Source: a virus | Lineage: Duplodnaviria > Caudoviricetes | Length of the DNA: 64,000 nucleotides | Reading direction: 5' to 3' (one strand) | IMG/VR virus record: IMGVR_UViG_3300017721_001026 | Coordinates: 32,001-96,000 of that record | Shown here: one piece after another, positions 55,200 through 64,000 of the stretch | Layout: the number at the start of each line of letters is the position of its first letter | Numbering within the stretch: position 1 is the stretch's first letter | Made by a program: the position numbers and the translations under genes | Notes under the pieces: model-generated | Databases searched by the model: none | Told to the model about the DNA's origin: nothing | What the model saw: the letters and a program-made list of their open reading frames with translations, nothing else

Positions 55200-58100
55200 T
55201 AGAACCCAGCATCCATCTCAACATTTACAATATTCAGAACTTCTTTAACTTCTTCACCAGTGTCAACTGTTGCTGCTTCAAAGATTGTAGTAAGTCCAAG
55301 AGTATTGTTTATATTAATATAGAGATTCTGTAACTCCATCTCTGATGGAAGTCCTTGAGGTAGAACATAACGATCTCTTCCAATTTCACCAGTGCCAGGA
55401 TCGGGATCTACATCAGTGCGAATTGCAACTCTTCCTGCGGATTGATCATAGAAAATACCAGCATACTTATGAGTTGAAAGACCAACATCATAACGTGCCA
55501 TCAAAATACCAGCATCACCAGTATTTCCTACTGCTACATTAGGTGGAATGAGTGTACCTTCATTGAGTGGATCTTCAATGAGACCAAGTGTGAGAAGGTT
55601 ATCTCTAATGTTGACATCCTGAACATTCAGTCTTGCTTCAATACCATTAAAGAATGCACTATTAGCAGTAACATCACTTGAAATTGCAACACTACCAGTT
55701 CCATCTTCCATTGCAATACAAATAGTTCCACCACCAGCACGCATGGTGCCTGTGCCCACCTGTAAATCACCTGCAACAGTCGTTTTTACATCACTGTCCA
55801 TTGTGATATTATCTTGACCATTACTTGCACGAATGATATCACCATTGACTTGAATTGGTCCAGCAAATATGGTATTATTATTTGCTACCATAGTGATATT
55901 AGTATCACCAGTACCTGCTAAGATATTATTACCTTCAACTCTAATATCACCAGTAAAACTTGTTAATTCTTGATCATCAAACATCAAGATATTAACTGTA
56001 CTGTCAGATGCTAGAATTTGATTTCCACGAACTTCTAGATCACCATAAAGAATAGTTTTACTATCACCAATCATCTGGATGTTAGTAATACCAAACCCAG
56101 TTTGAATGTCATTACCACCAACAATTAAATCACCAGTAGTTTCTACATACGTTCCAGCAGTACCGACTGTAATCGCAGTTGCCCCATCATCTGCCTGAAT
56201 AGTGTTCTTACCAAGTCTTAGGAAACTAAAAATTTCGGTAACATTACTTCTGATAGTGGTAACACCAATATCATTTCCACCAATTACAATATCAGTTGCA
56301 CTTTTAAATAGGTCTGCTCTTAATGATGTATCTGCGATATTGATATCGTTTTGATCACACTTAATATAAGTACCACCAATTTGTACCCAACCAGAAATTG
56401 CTACATATGTGTTATCGAAAAGTCTAATTGCTGTGTCACCAGTAGATGCCTGAATATCATTTTGCGAAAGTCTAAGTCTCGTTAGTTCAGTTACATTACT
56501 TCTAATAGATGTAAATCCACCATCGGCACTTTCTGCTTCACCAATATCAATAAATCTTGCATTACTTGCAAGATTGAGTTCTTTAACACCATAATTTAAT
56601 AGGTCAAATCTTAAATCAACTTCAGATTCGTCTGCATTAATTGCAGTACCAAGAACATTCAGGTTGTTATGTACGAATAGACTTGTACTAAATGCATCCA
56701 AGTAGAAACCTGGGTTGACAAATAGTTGGCCACCAGCAGCAGTTTGATTTTGTCCAGAGTTACCCATTGCTGGATAGAAGAACTCAGGATTTATACTATT
56801 ATTTTCGTCTTGCTTATATAAATCTACGTTATTTGCTTGGAAAGCAGTAGCTACATATGCATTATTGTAACTATCACTAATAACATTTAAAAATCCAGTG
56901 ATTGTTGCGACACCAACATGACTAAAGAAACCTGCACTATCAACATTGGCAAATGTTGCTTTACCTGGACCAACATCTAGATAAACTTCATTCTCATCAG
57001 TTCCACCTCCCGCACCAGCAACAGATAAGTAAGCAATAGTTGCACCCAGACCAACGTCTAGGTTTACCATATTTACCTGACTGTCTGTTCCAAGAGGACC
57101 AATATCTAAGAAGTGGAAGAAACCAGTTTCCCAACGTCCACTTTCAGATCCAATGAACGCATGTGGTCTACCATCAGCAATCTTTGGTAATAAGTCTGTG
57201 AGTGTTGATGTACCAAAGTTAATACTTGTTCTATTTCCATTGGCAGCAGCACTTCCATCTACAAATCTTTTATCACCAGAATCAATTCCTACATAAACTT
57301 CTGGAACTCTAAATGCAGTATTATTAAAGAAAGTGTTCTCTGATGCACCTATTGGGTTACTATAATCAATACTAGAACCAACTGAAATGGAACCATCAAT
57401 TTTAGTAGATTTACCGACACCTAAGTTACAATCAACTTGAAGACCACCACTAGTATAAATTGCTGGTTTTGCAAAATTGTCAGAGATTCCAATACCAGGA
57501 TTATTCTCAAATTCTGGACTTAAAACTCTTAATGTTGGACGAACACTGGCACCTTCTGCTGGAACAACATCAACACCTTCCATGAAGGTTGCTGTGTCAT
57601 AGAATATTGAACCTGGAACAACAACAAATTCTGTTCCAAGTCCTGGTTGACCAGATATTACAGGATCAGTACCATTGAAATGTACTCTACCAGCAACATA
57701 TAATGCACTTTCTTTAGGATCATCTGATCCAACATTATCAATAACAACTAGAGCATGTGCTACGCTATCACTATCAGCATATGAACCACCACCAGGACCA
57801 ACAGGACTGAGACCAAAATCTGCGTTACCATTTGATGGATCACTACCTTGAGCATTTGCAACAGGAACTGACGGTTGTCCAATATAAACCGTTCCCATTC
57901 CAGTGTCACGGGAAAGAGTAGTAACTCCAGTAACTACAAGATCCCTAGTTGTTGTTAGTCCACCTACGTTTAACTTGGGGAATGTAGCACCAAAACCAGT
58001 TACAGAACCACTAGATCCATTATCAATATTTAAGTTTCCTTCAATATAAACATCATCTAACAAATATGACTCATTAAAGTTGATCAGTGAGTCATTGGCA

Positions 58101-58264
58101 TTAGAACCTCTTGATGTTCTCTCTGTTAGATAGTCACCGACCGTGCTACCGATACCCACACCACCCAACATCACTATAGATGTTGACAATCCTATGTTTT
58201 GATTAGCATCTCTAATTTCAACAAAAGATGCAAATTGAGATAATTCTCTACTATTTCTAGTCAT
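55196..58264 (-). CDS. Large tail-fibre/virion structural protein
   Basis: 1022 aa, Gly-rich beta repeats 'GDL.V.GN.I.A..G..NI.M' in the C-terminal half; late-promoter-like ACTAAATA at 58297-58304. Confidence 0.7.
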   Translation of the reverse strand: MTRNSRELSQFASFVEIRDANQNIGLSTSIVMLGGVGIGSTVGDYLTERTSRGSNANDSLINFNESYLLDDVYIEGNLNIDNGSSGSVTGFGATFPKLNVGGLTTTRDLVVTGVTTLSRDTGMGTVYIGQPSVPVANAQGSDPSNGNADFGLSPVGPGGGSYADSDSVAHALVVIDNVGSDDPKESALYVAGRVHFNGTDPVISGQPGLGTEFVVVPGSIFYDTATFMEGVDVVPAEGASVRPTLRVLSPEFENNPGIGISDNFAKPAIYTSGGLQVDCNLGVGKSTKIDGSISVGSSIDYSNPIGASENTFFNNTAFRVPEVYVGIDSGDKRFVDGSAAANGNRTSINFGTSTLTDLLPKIADGRPHAFIGSESGRWETGFFHFLDIGPLGTDSQVNMVNLDVGLGATIAYLSVAGAGGGTDENEVYLDVGPGKATFANVDSAGFFSHVGVATITGFLNVISDSYNNAYVATAFQANNVDLYKQDENNSINPEFFYPAMGNSGQNQTAAGGQLFVNPGFYLDAFSTSLFVHNNLNVLGTAINADESEVDLRFDLLNYGVKELNLASNARFIDIGEAESADGGFTSIRSNVTELTRLRLSQNDIQASTGDTAIRLFDNTYVAISGWVQIGGTYIKCDQNDINIADTSLRADLFKSATDIVIGGNDIGVTTIRSNVTEIFSFLRLGKNTIQADDGATAITVGTAGTYVETTGDLIVGGNDIQTGFGITNIQMIGDSKTILYGDLEVRGNQILASDSTVNILMFDDQELTSFTGDIRVEGNNILAGTGDTNITMVANNNTIFAGPIQVNGDIIRASNGQDNITMDSDVKTTVAGDLQVGTGTMRAGGGTICIAMEDGTGSVAISSDVTANSAFFNGIEARLNVQDVNIRDNLLTLGLIEDPLNEGTLIPPNVAVGNTGDAGILMARYDVGLSTHKYAGIFYDQSAGRVAIRTDVDPDPGTGEIGRDRYVLPQGLPSEMELQNLYININNTLGLTTIFEAATVDTGEEVKEVLNIVNVEMDAGFY

Positions 58265-58317
58265 CTATTTCTTTAGCTAGGTGGATCTCTTAAGAGTATT
58301 TAGTTTTTAATAATCTG

Positions 58318-58548
58318 CTATTTATTATATACACCTCTGGGATACATCTGACCAGACTGTGGTCTCCCTGGTGCATTCCACCCACGTTGCTGTGTAGTTA
58401 ATCCCACAACAGAAAAATTAACACCAAGTAAATTTGCATCACGAAATATAGGATTTAATGTTATTGTTGTTACTTTTGTTGATTGAAAACCAGTAGATAA
58501 ACCAGAAGATTGAACTGATCCTAATGATGGGATAGAATAATCTGCCAT
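58318..58548 (-). CDS. Small virion-associated protein, paralog of 60259-60537
   Basis: MADYSI..RPQSGQMYPRG.YNK. Confidence 0.7.
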   Translation of the reverse strand: MADYSIPSLGSVQSSGLSTGFQSTKVTTITLNPIFRDANLLGVNFSVVGLTTQQRGWNAPGRPQSGQMYPRGVYNK

Positions 58549-60242
58549 CAGACTCTCCTTGCACAGAGTGCAATACCTGAGGTTTCTGTATGTTGATTAT
58601 AAGAAGCCTGAATTATCTCATAAACTTCAGAACCACTAATTGTGATTGTGTCACCTTGTGTAAAGTTTGTTTCACTAGTAGAGTATTTAAAATCAATTAA
58701 AACAAAATCATCTGGTAGATAATATGGACAAGGAACCATTTTGGAGCAAACTGGAATTCCTTTGATAACAGAATTATAATCTAATTCTGCGGGAGAACTT
58801 ACACTATCTGGATAAGTTGCTTTGGTATGATTTGAAGTTCTTGCATATATTGCATTTGGACCACCAATATTGCTTTCATGATAACCATATGCTTGTGAGG
58901 TCTGCCCATTATAATCATTATTAGTGGCAGACGTTGATGACATTGTACTTCGATACTGATCTGCAAAAACAGTTCTTCCGATGGAATCGGAATTACTTCT
59001 CGCATTCATATAACCAACAAATGCAGATCTTAAATTTGCAACTCCATTCATAGTATCAAGTGGAGATGACTCAGTGTAATAGTTATAAAAGTTTCCATGA
59101 GTTAGTGTGTCAAAATTTATTTGTGAAAAATTTCCATAAATTGTATTAGTACAACGTTGTGGTCGAATAATAGTTATTGCATTATTATAGCAATAATCAT
59201 AATCCCATAGTGATGAAGTGTAATTATGGAAAAAGAATGTTAGAAATACATTATTATCAATTGATGAACCTGCTAATGTTGGTTGACTAAAAGAAAATAT
59301 TGCAAATTTAGGATCAAGAGCAGACTGATATATCCTTAATTTTAAGTCATGGGTTGACGGAGAACTTGTTGTTGCAAATCTGAGAGCATTTGCAAATGAA
59401 GTATTATAATTTGGATTGCAAGATCCCACTTGGTTACTTCTAAATGCTGTATGGTAAGTGTTGCTAGTGGGATCATATCCATCATTTGAAGTTACATTAT
59501 ACCATGCTGATGAGGCACTAGTTACTACGTCACTACCACTAACACCAGTAGTGTCTACAAGATATTGACCAGCAAATCTATATTGAAATCCAGAAGAACC
59601 ATCAGTTGTGTTAGATGCCTGCGACTGTGATGGATTATTGTCATTGTCAGTATCAGTATATTTTGGTGAATATGGATGGAATGCACTCCCTACAGCAAAT
59701 GATAAATTAAAGTCAGACCAAACTTGAAATCCTCTATAAGTTGTACCATATTTTTTACCAGACTCAATTTCATGCCTTAAGACAGCAAAAGGATATTCAC
59801 TTCCAACTCCAACATGTTTTTGATAAAATGTAGTTGTAGATCCATATGATGTTGGTGAACCATTTCCAGCAACACTTACAGTAATACCTAATCCAATAGC
59901 AGCACCACCACCAATTAAAGATGGATCAAAAGTTAAATACTCACCATCAATATATCCATATCCAGGACGATTTACGTGTATATCAATAATTACACCACTA
60001 CTTCTGTAAATATCAAAAGTTGCACCAGTACCAATTCCAGATGTTGTTGATGCTTCAACGTTATAATAATCGTCCTCATTTGCAGTTAATTCACCACCAT
60101 TTCTCTGAGTAACAAAGGTGACAATACCTGTTAGAGTTTCACCATGAAACTCTACAATTTCAAATGCTTCTTCAAGTGCAAGAACGACATCAGATCTTGC
60201 CCAACCTGCTGATTTTGTAATTGTGCTGATGGATACTGCCAT
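58548..60242 (-). CDS. Virion structural/receptor-binding protein, paralog of 60537-62495
   Basis: Shared blocks YGSTTTFY, K.YGTT.RGF, DP.FA.FSF, and a C-terminus VIKGIP..PCPYYLPDDFVLI..QGDTITISGSE..ASYNQ..CAR. Confidence 0.7.
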   Translation of the reverse strand: MAVSISTITKSAGWARSDVVLALEEAFEIVEFHGETLTGIVTFVTQRNGGELTANEDDYYNVEASTTSGIGTGATFDIYRSSGVIIDIHVNRPGYGYIDGEYLTFDPSLIGGGAAIGLGITVSVAGNGSPTSYGSTTTFYQKHVGVGSEYPFAVLRHEIESGKKYGTTYRGFQVWSDFNLSFAVGSAFHPYSPKYTDTDNDNNPSQSQASNTTDGSSGFQYRFAGQYLVDTTGVSGSDVVTSASSAWYNVTSNDGYDPTSNTYHTAFRSNQVGSCNPNYNTSFANALRFATTSSPSTHDLKLRIYQSALDPKFAIFSFSQPTLAGSSIDNNVFLTFFFHNYTSSLWDYDYCYNNAITIIRPQRCTNTIYGNFSQINFDTLTHGNFYNYYTESSPLDTMNGVANLRSAFVGYMNARSNSDSIGRTVFADQYRSTMSSTSATNNDYNGQTSQAYGYHESNIGGPNAIYARTSNHTKATYPDSVSSPAELDYNSVIKGIPVCSKMVPCPYYLPDDFVLIDFKYSTSETNFTQGDTITISGSEVYEIIQASYNQHTETSGIALCARRV

Positions 60243-60248
60243 TGGTTT

Positions 60249-60268
60249 TTATTTTTAGTTATTTATTA
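60249..60268 (-). promoter_or_regulatory. Late promoter (AATAAATA), identical 20-mer to the g8 promoter
   Basis: TAATAAATAACTAAAAATAA. Confidence 0.7.
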
Positions 60269-60537
60269 AATCTAGGATACATCTGACCATTTGGTGGTCT
60301 ATCTTGAGAATCATTTGGACTTACAAATGATTTGGAATCTGGAAGATAAAGTGTTTTTGTTTCTTCAAAACTAATTGAACCAAGTCTTTTGGTTCCATTC
60401 ATTACAATTTTAATAACACTTCCATCTCTTTGCCAAATATAGTCATATGTTGTACCAATAACTGCATCAACATTTAATGCTGTTGATGCAATCCCAGTAA
60501 CTGTGGTTGTTAAATTTGCAATAGACCAGTCTGCCAT
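60259..60537 (-). CDS. Small virion-associated protein, paralog of 58318-58548
   Basis: MADWSI..RPPNGQMYPRFNK. Confidence 0.7.
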   Translation of the reverse strand: MADWSIANLTTTVTGIASTALNVDAVIGTTYDYIWQRDGSVIKIVMNGTKRLGSISFEETKTLYLPDSKSFVSPNDSQDRPPNGQMYPRFNK

Positions 60538-62495
60538 TAAACTATCCTCGCACAGAATAAAATTCCTCTTGTCCTGGTGGTCTGATTATATGATGCTTCA
60601 ATTACTTTATAAATTTCAGAACCACTAATTGTGATAGTATCTCCTTGCTGAATATTTGCACCTGTTTGATTATAGTCAAACTGAATAAGAACAAAATCAT
60701 CTGGTAGATAATAGGGGCAAGGTATCATTTTTGTTGAAAGTGGAATACCTTTAATTACCGCATTAAAATCGGTAGAAGGATCCAGTTTATCTGGACCTGC
60801 TTGGGAGATACCACCAGTTGTTCTCTTGTCAGTACCTCCTGGTCTATAGTAAATACTTACAGTATTTGTAGAAAGTGTCTGTTCATAAGTCTTTGCTTCA
60901 TAGGTATCTTCAAAAAATGTGTCAGATGTATCACCATAATATTGATCATAACCAAATTCTGCAGATCTTTTTGATGGATAGTTAGTACCTTCATGAATTC
61001 CTTCAAGATAAGTTTTAAATTTTATTTTAGGATCAGTTGTATTTCCTCCTTCACCATCAATTACTGTCACTCCACTCAAATATAGATAATCCAAATCCCA
61101 AACATTAGTTGTATAATTACTGAAGAAGAATGTACTTTTAGTTGTCGTATCAAATACTGTACTAGAAGCAGTTGGTTTGAAGAAAGAAAATACTGCAAAA
61201 TTCGGATCAATACCAGATCTGTAAACAATTAAATTGAGTTCATATGTAGTAGAACCACCTGTACTCAAAGATGTTTGACCCTGCTGATACAGATTGCCAG
61301 TTTGTAATAGTTTTGATTCAGAACCGTGTATCACATCAAGATTACTCCAATCTAAGTATGGTGTTCCAGAAAAACGTCTTCCATAACCATGACCACCAGT
61401 TGCAGTTTTAGAAGTTGTACTATTATTTGCTTGTGTAGGTGTTGGGTTATAACCAGAACCTGCTAAAAGATATAATGTTGAATTACTATTGTTAAATACA
61501 AATCCTCTCCAAGTTGTTCCATATCTCTTATTTTCATCTATAACTTGTTTCCAAACTGCGGAAGAAGTACTTCCGTTTCTGTAAGCATCATAAAATGTTG
61601 TAGTAGAACCATATCCAGTTGTTGAAATGTTTCCAGCATCTGCAGGTTCTACAATGATTGTTGGGTGTAATGCTTCATCAGTTGCAATAGTCGTACTATC
61701 TCTAAGTGGTTTTACATAATATGTTCCTCTCTGACCCCATTCTGGTGTCCAAATCACTGTTGCGTTTGCATCATTACTGTATCCATTTGAATAATGAACA
61801 TCTACTGCATGATCAACATTGTCTACAACAGATGTTTGATAACAACCCGCTAAACTTCCACCAAAAGTTCCAGAGTCAACGATTCCCATATAATATCTAG
61901 CACTACTACTTCCCATATTACCCACAAGAGTTAAGGTATCACCTTCTTTAATGGTAATTGTAGTTCCAGGACCAAGAACTGAACCATTTCTATCTTCACC
62001 AGTTGCATACCAATAATCAACATTGGTTGTAAATGTTACTGCATATGAAACACCACCAGAAATTGTTGAATCAACAATAACTTGAGCTGTAACATGATCT
62101 TGATCATAAGTTCCACCAAAGTAAGATGAAGGTATTTTTATAACTTCTCCACCCACATAATTTTTTCCACATCTATTAACTTGGAAAAAAGTTAATTCAC
62201 CATTATGGTCGTAAAAACCGTCAATATTATTAGTTATTCTATGTCCATAAAGTTCGGCACCTGTTCCAATTCCAGTTGTTTCGGTTACATATGCCTCAAA
62301 ATATTCATTATCTGATCCAGTAAGTACATTATTACCAACGTTTACACTACTTATTCCAGAAACTAATCCATAATCAGTATCACCATGCCATTCTAACCAA
62401 GTTAGTTGTTGTTCTAGTAAGTTAATAACGTCTTCACCATTCCAGGTGCCTACGTCGGCAGTATTGACTCCTACTGTATTGATTGCGACTGCCAT
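60537..62495 (-). CDS. Virion structural/receptor-binding protein, paralog of 58548-60242
   Basis: Same conserved blocks; extra internal segment (ITIKEGDTLTL..WTP..GTYY). Confidence 0.7.
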   Translation of the reverse strand: MAVAINTVGVNTADVGTWNGEDVINLLEQQLTWLEWHGDTDYGLVSGISSVNVGNNVLTGSDNEYFEAYVTETTGIGTGAELYGHRITNNIDGFYDHNGELTFFQVNRCGKNYVGGEVIKIPSSYFGGTYDQDHVTAQVIVDSTISGGVSYAVTFTTNVDYWYATGEDRNGSVLGPGTTITIKEGDTLTLVGNMGSSSARYYMGIVDSGTFGGSLAGCYQTSVVDNVDHAVDVHYSNGYSNDANATVIWTPEWGQRGTYYVKPLRDSTTIATDEALHPTIIVEPADAGNISTTGYGSTTTFYDAYRNGSTSSAVWKQVIDENKRYGTTWRGFVFNNSNSTLYLLAGSGYNPTPTQANNSTTSKTATGGHGYGRRFSGTPYLDWSNLDVIHGSESKLLQTGNLYQQGQTSLSTGGSTTYELNLIVYRSGIDPNFAVFSFFKPTASSTVFDTTTKSTFFFSNYTTNVWDLDYLYLSGVTVIDGEGGNTTDPKIKFKTYLEGIHEGTNYPSKRSAEFGYDQYYGDTSDTFFEDTYEAKTYEQTLSTNTVSIYYRPGGTDKRTTGGISQAGPDKLDPSTDFNAVIKGIPLSTKMIPCPYYLPDDFVLIQFDYNQTGANIQQGDTITISGSEIYKVIEASYNQTTRTRGILFCARIV

Positions 62496-62498
62496 TTA

Positions 62499-64000
62499 TT
62501 ATGCCTCTAATTGGAGAATGGTTAGGTTTGCGTTAATTGATTGTGTACTTCCAGATAGATTTGTAATTGCCATATAGATTATGGTATCAACTGGATCATC
62601 CATGTTTCCACCCATTGTGAATGGAGAGATTTTTTGTTCAGTAGAGATGCCTGTCGTTACAACTTCAGCAATAACTCCACTTCCTGCTGCTGGATCTTCC
62701 CCAACACTTCTACTAGAATCAGTAGTTCTAGATTCACTATCAGTATATATTCTAATCCAACCTGCCGTAGATAAACCAACTTTCATCAGTGCATAAGACT
62801 TAAATCCAGTAACTGTTACAAGACCTACAGCATTATCAGCAATAGATCCTGTGGATGCAGAAACTATTGTTCTATTTTGTAGTGAACCACCAGATGCAGT
62901 AACAGTAGCAATACCAGAACTGTAACTAACATCTAGACCAGCATCAAAGTTGATAGTCTTTGCAGAACCAACGTTTGATCCACTGTTTTCAACAACAACA
63001 CCATCACCAGTTGCATTAACATTGAGTAGTGCAGATCCGTCAATAGCAGGTAATACACCAGTAAGTTCACCTGAAGGAATACTTGTGAGACCAGCACCAG
63101 AACCAACAAATTCTGAACCAGAACCAGAAAGTGTTACATCACCATAAACAGTAATTCCGTTAGTTGCAGTTTCAAGTCTTAATGTATTGTTATAATAAAG
63201 ATCAACTGCACCATCGGAATGTGCAAGTAATCTTTTACTTCCATTTTTATCAATTTTGGTATCTCCATCAGAACGAATAAACAATGTTCCTGTTCGTTGA
63301 TAAGCAATACCAACATCACTGCCAGTTTCGTAAATATAAAGATCATCATCTACACCAACCTTCAATCCAGAACTGAAACCGTCACCAGTACTCACACTTG
63401 TTGCTTCTACACTCTGGAATGTAGAAACACCAGAAACCTTCAGAGTATCAGTTTCAATATGTCCAGTTACATCAATACCAGTGCTAGTAATATCACTAAA
63501 TCCTGAAGTTCCTGTTGTGCTGATACCAGGAATAGCTGCTGTAACTGTAACAACACCAGCAGATACTGGAGATACATCTAAACCAGTAGAGAAATCAACT
63601 GTTGAAGCAGCACCAATTGATGAACCACTATCCTTGATTTCAATACCAGATCCAACAGCAGATACACCAGTAAGTGCAGAACCATCGAGTGCAGGTAATA
63701 CTCCTGTAAGTTGTCCAGCAGGCAATCCTGTAAGTCCAGAAGCAGCACCAGAGTAAGATGTGGCAGTAACACTACCACCAACAGTTAGCATGTCTGTGAG
63801 AACTGTTGTATTGATACCAGTTCTTCCTTCATTATTAATGTATTGTCTAATATTTCCTTCACCATCAGCAATAACAACTCGATTAGATAGACCTCTAATG
63901 TCTAGACTACCAGAGTTACCGTCATATCCACCAACAACAATGTTATATTGTCCATTAGTAATCAGTTGTCCTGCTTTAATACCTAGACCAACATTATATC
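62499..64000 (-). CDS. Tail fibre protein, 5'-truncated by the window edge
   Basis: The frame stays open from 63791 to the edge (YNVGLGIKAGQLITNGQYNIVVGG.., YadA-head-like). Also GAVDLYYNN..RLET..GI.V.G fibre repeat and a duplicated LT.LP.G.LTGVLPA.DGSAL module. Confidence 0.8.
   Translation of the reverse strand, partial: YNVGLGIKAGQLITNGQYNIVVGGYDGNSGSLDIRGLSNRVVIADGEGNIRQYINNEGRTGINTTVLTDMLTVGGSVTATSYSGAASGLTGLPAGQLTGVLPALDGSALTGVSAVGSGIEIKDSGSSIGAASTVDFSTGLDVSPVSAGVVTVTAAIPGISTTGTSGFSDITSTGIDVTGHIETDTLKVSGVSTFQSVEATSVSTGDGFSSGLKVGVDDDLYIYETGSDVGIAYQRTGTLFIRSDGDTKIDKNGSKRLLAHSDGAVDLYYNNTLRLETATNGITVYGDVTLSGSGSEFVGSGAGLTSIPSGELTGVLPAIDGSALLNVNATGDGVVVENSGSNVGSAKTINFDAGLDVSYSSGIATVTASGGSLQNRTIVSASTGSIADNAVGLVTVTGFKSYALMKVGLSTAGWIRIYTDSESRTTDSSRSVGEDPAAGSGVIAEVVTTGISTEQKISPFTMGGNMDDPVDTIIYMAITNLSGSTQSINANLTILQLEA

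Noticed and set aside
58548-60780. Similar 3' ends of the paralogous large genes as a DGR template/variable repeat pair
   Set aside because: Both copies are coding, differences are largely synonymous and not adenine-specific, and no reverse transcriptase is present in the window.
1-64000. Alternative genetic code or stop-codon recoding
   Set aside because: Long core genes are intact under the standard code, and TAA, TGA and TAG all serve as stops at expected gene ends.

Overview
64 kb of a T4-like marine cyanomyovirus (Kyanoviridae-type) genome, almost entirely coded on the minus strand. Reading right to left: (i) 55.2-64 kb, a tail-fibre/virion-protein region that includes a tandemly duplicated 'large + small' gene pair; (ii) 53.4-55.1 kb, an SF2 helicase and an unlisted 54-aa NblA-like ORF; (iii) 44.3-53.4 kb, an accessory island of seven 2OG-Fe(II) oxygenase genes around two paralogous HxH-type short-fibre genes, a 4-Cys protein and an acidic coiled-coil protein. 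One fibre paralog carries a ~260-aa, Lys-free, ~29% Arg insertion that is symmetric about a central GG turn; (iv) 33.5-44.3 kb, an early region of many small ORFs driven by repeated promoter cassettes (dyad GTGGACASTT-N4/5-AASTG(T/G)CAC plus sigma70-like -35/-10), with a candidate origin (antisense promoter, DnaA-box-like CCACA repeats, AT-rich tract) and an abiF-like hairpin; (v) 1-33 kb, the virion morphogenesis block g25-g6-g7-(oxygenase)-fibre-g8-VrlC-like-g13-g14-g15-g16, then a large fibre-like gene running off the left edge. The VrlC-like protein has a 112-aa Pro/Arg repeat. The best candidate for an undescribed system is the Arg-needle fibre with a charge-complementary coiled-coil partner and a hydroxylase array, possibly a virion-protein post-translational modification module. 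No tRNA, rRNA, CRISPR array or IS element was recognised. All family assignments are by eye from motifs and synteny; no database search was run.
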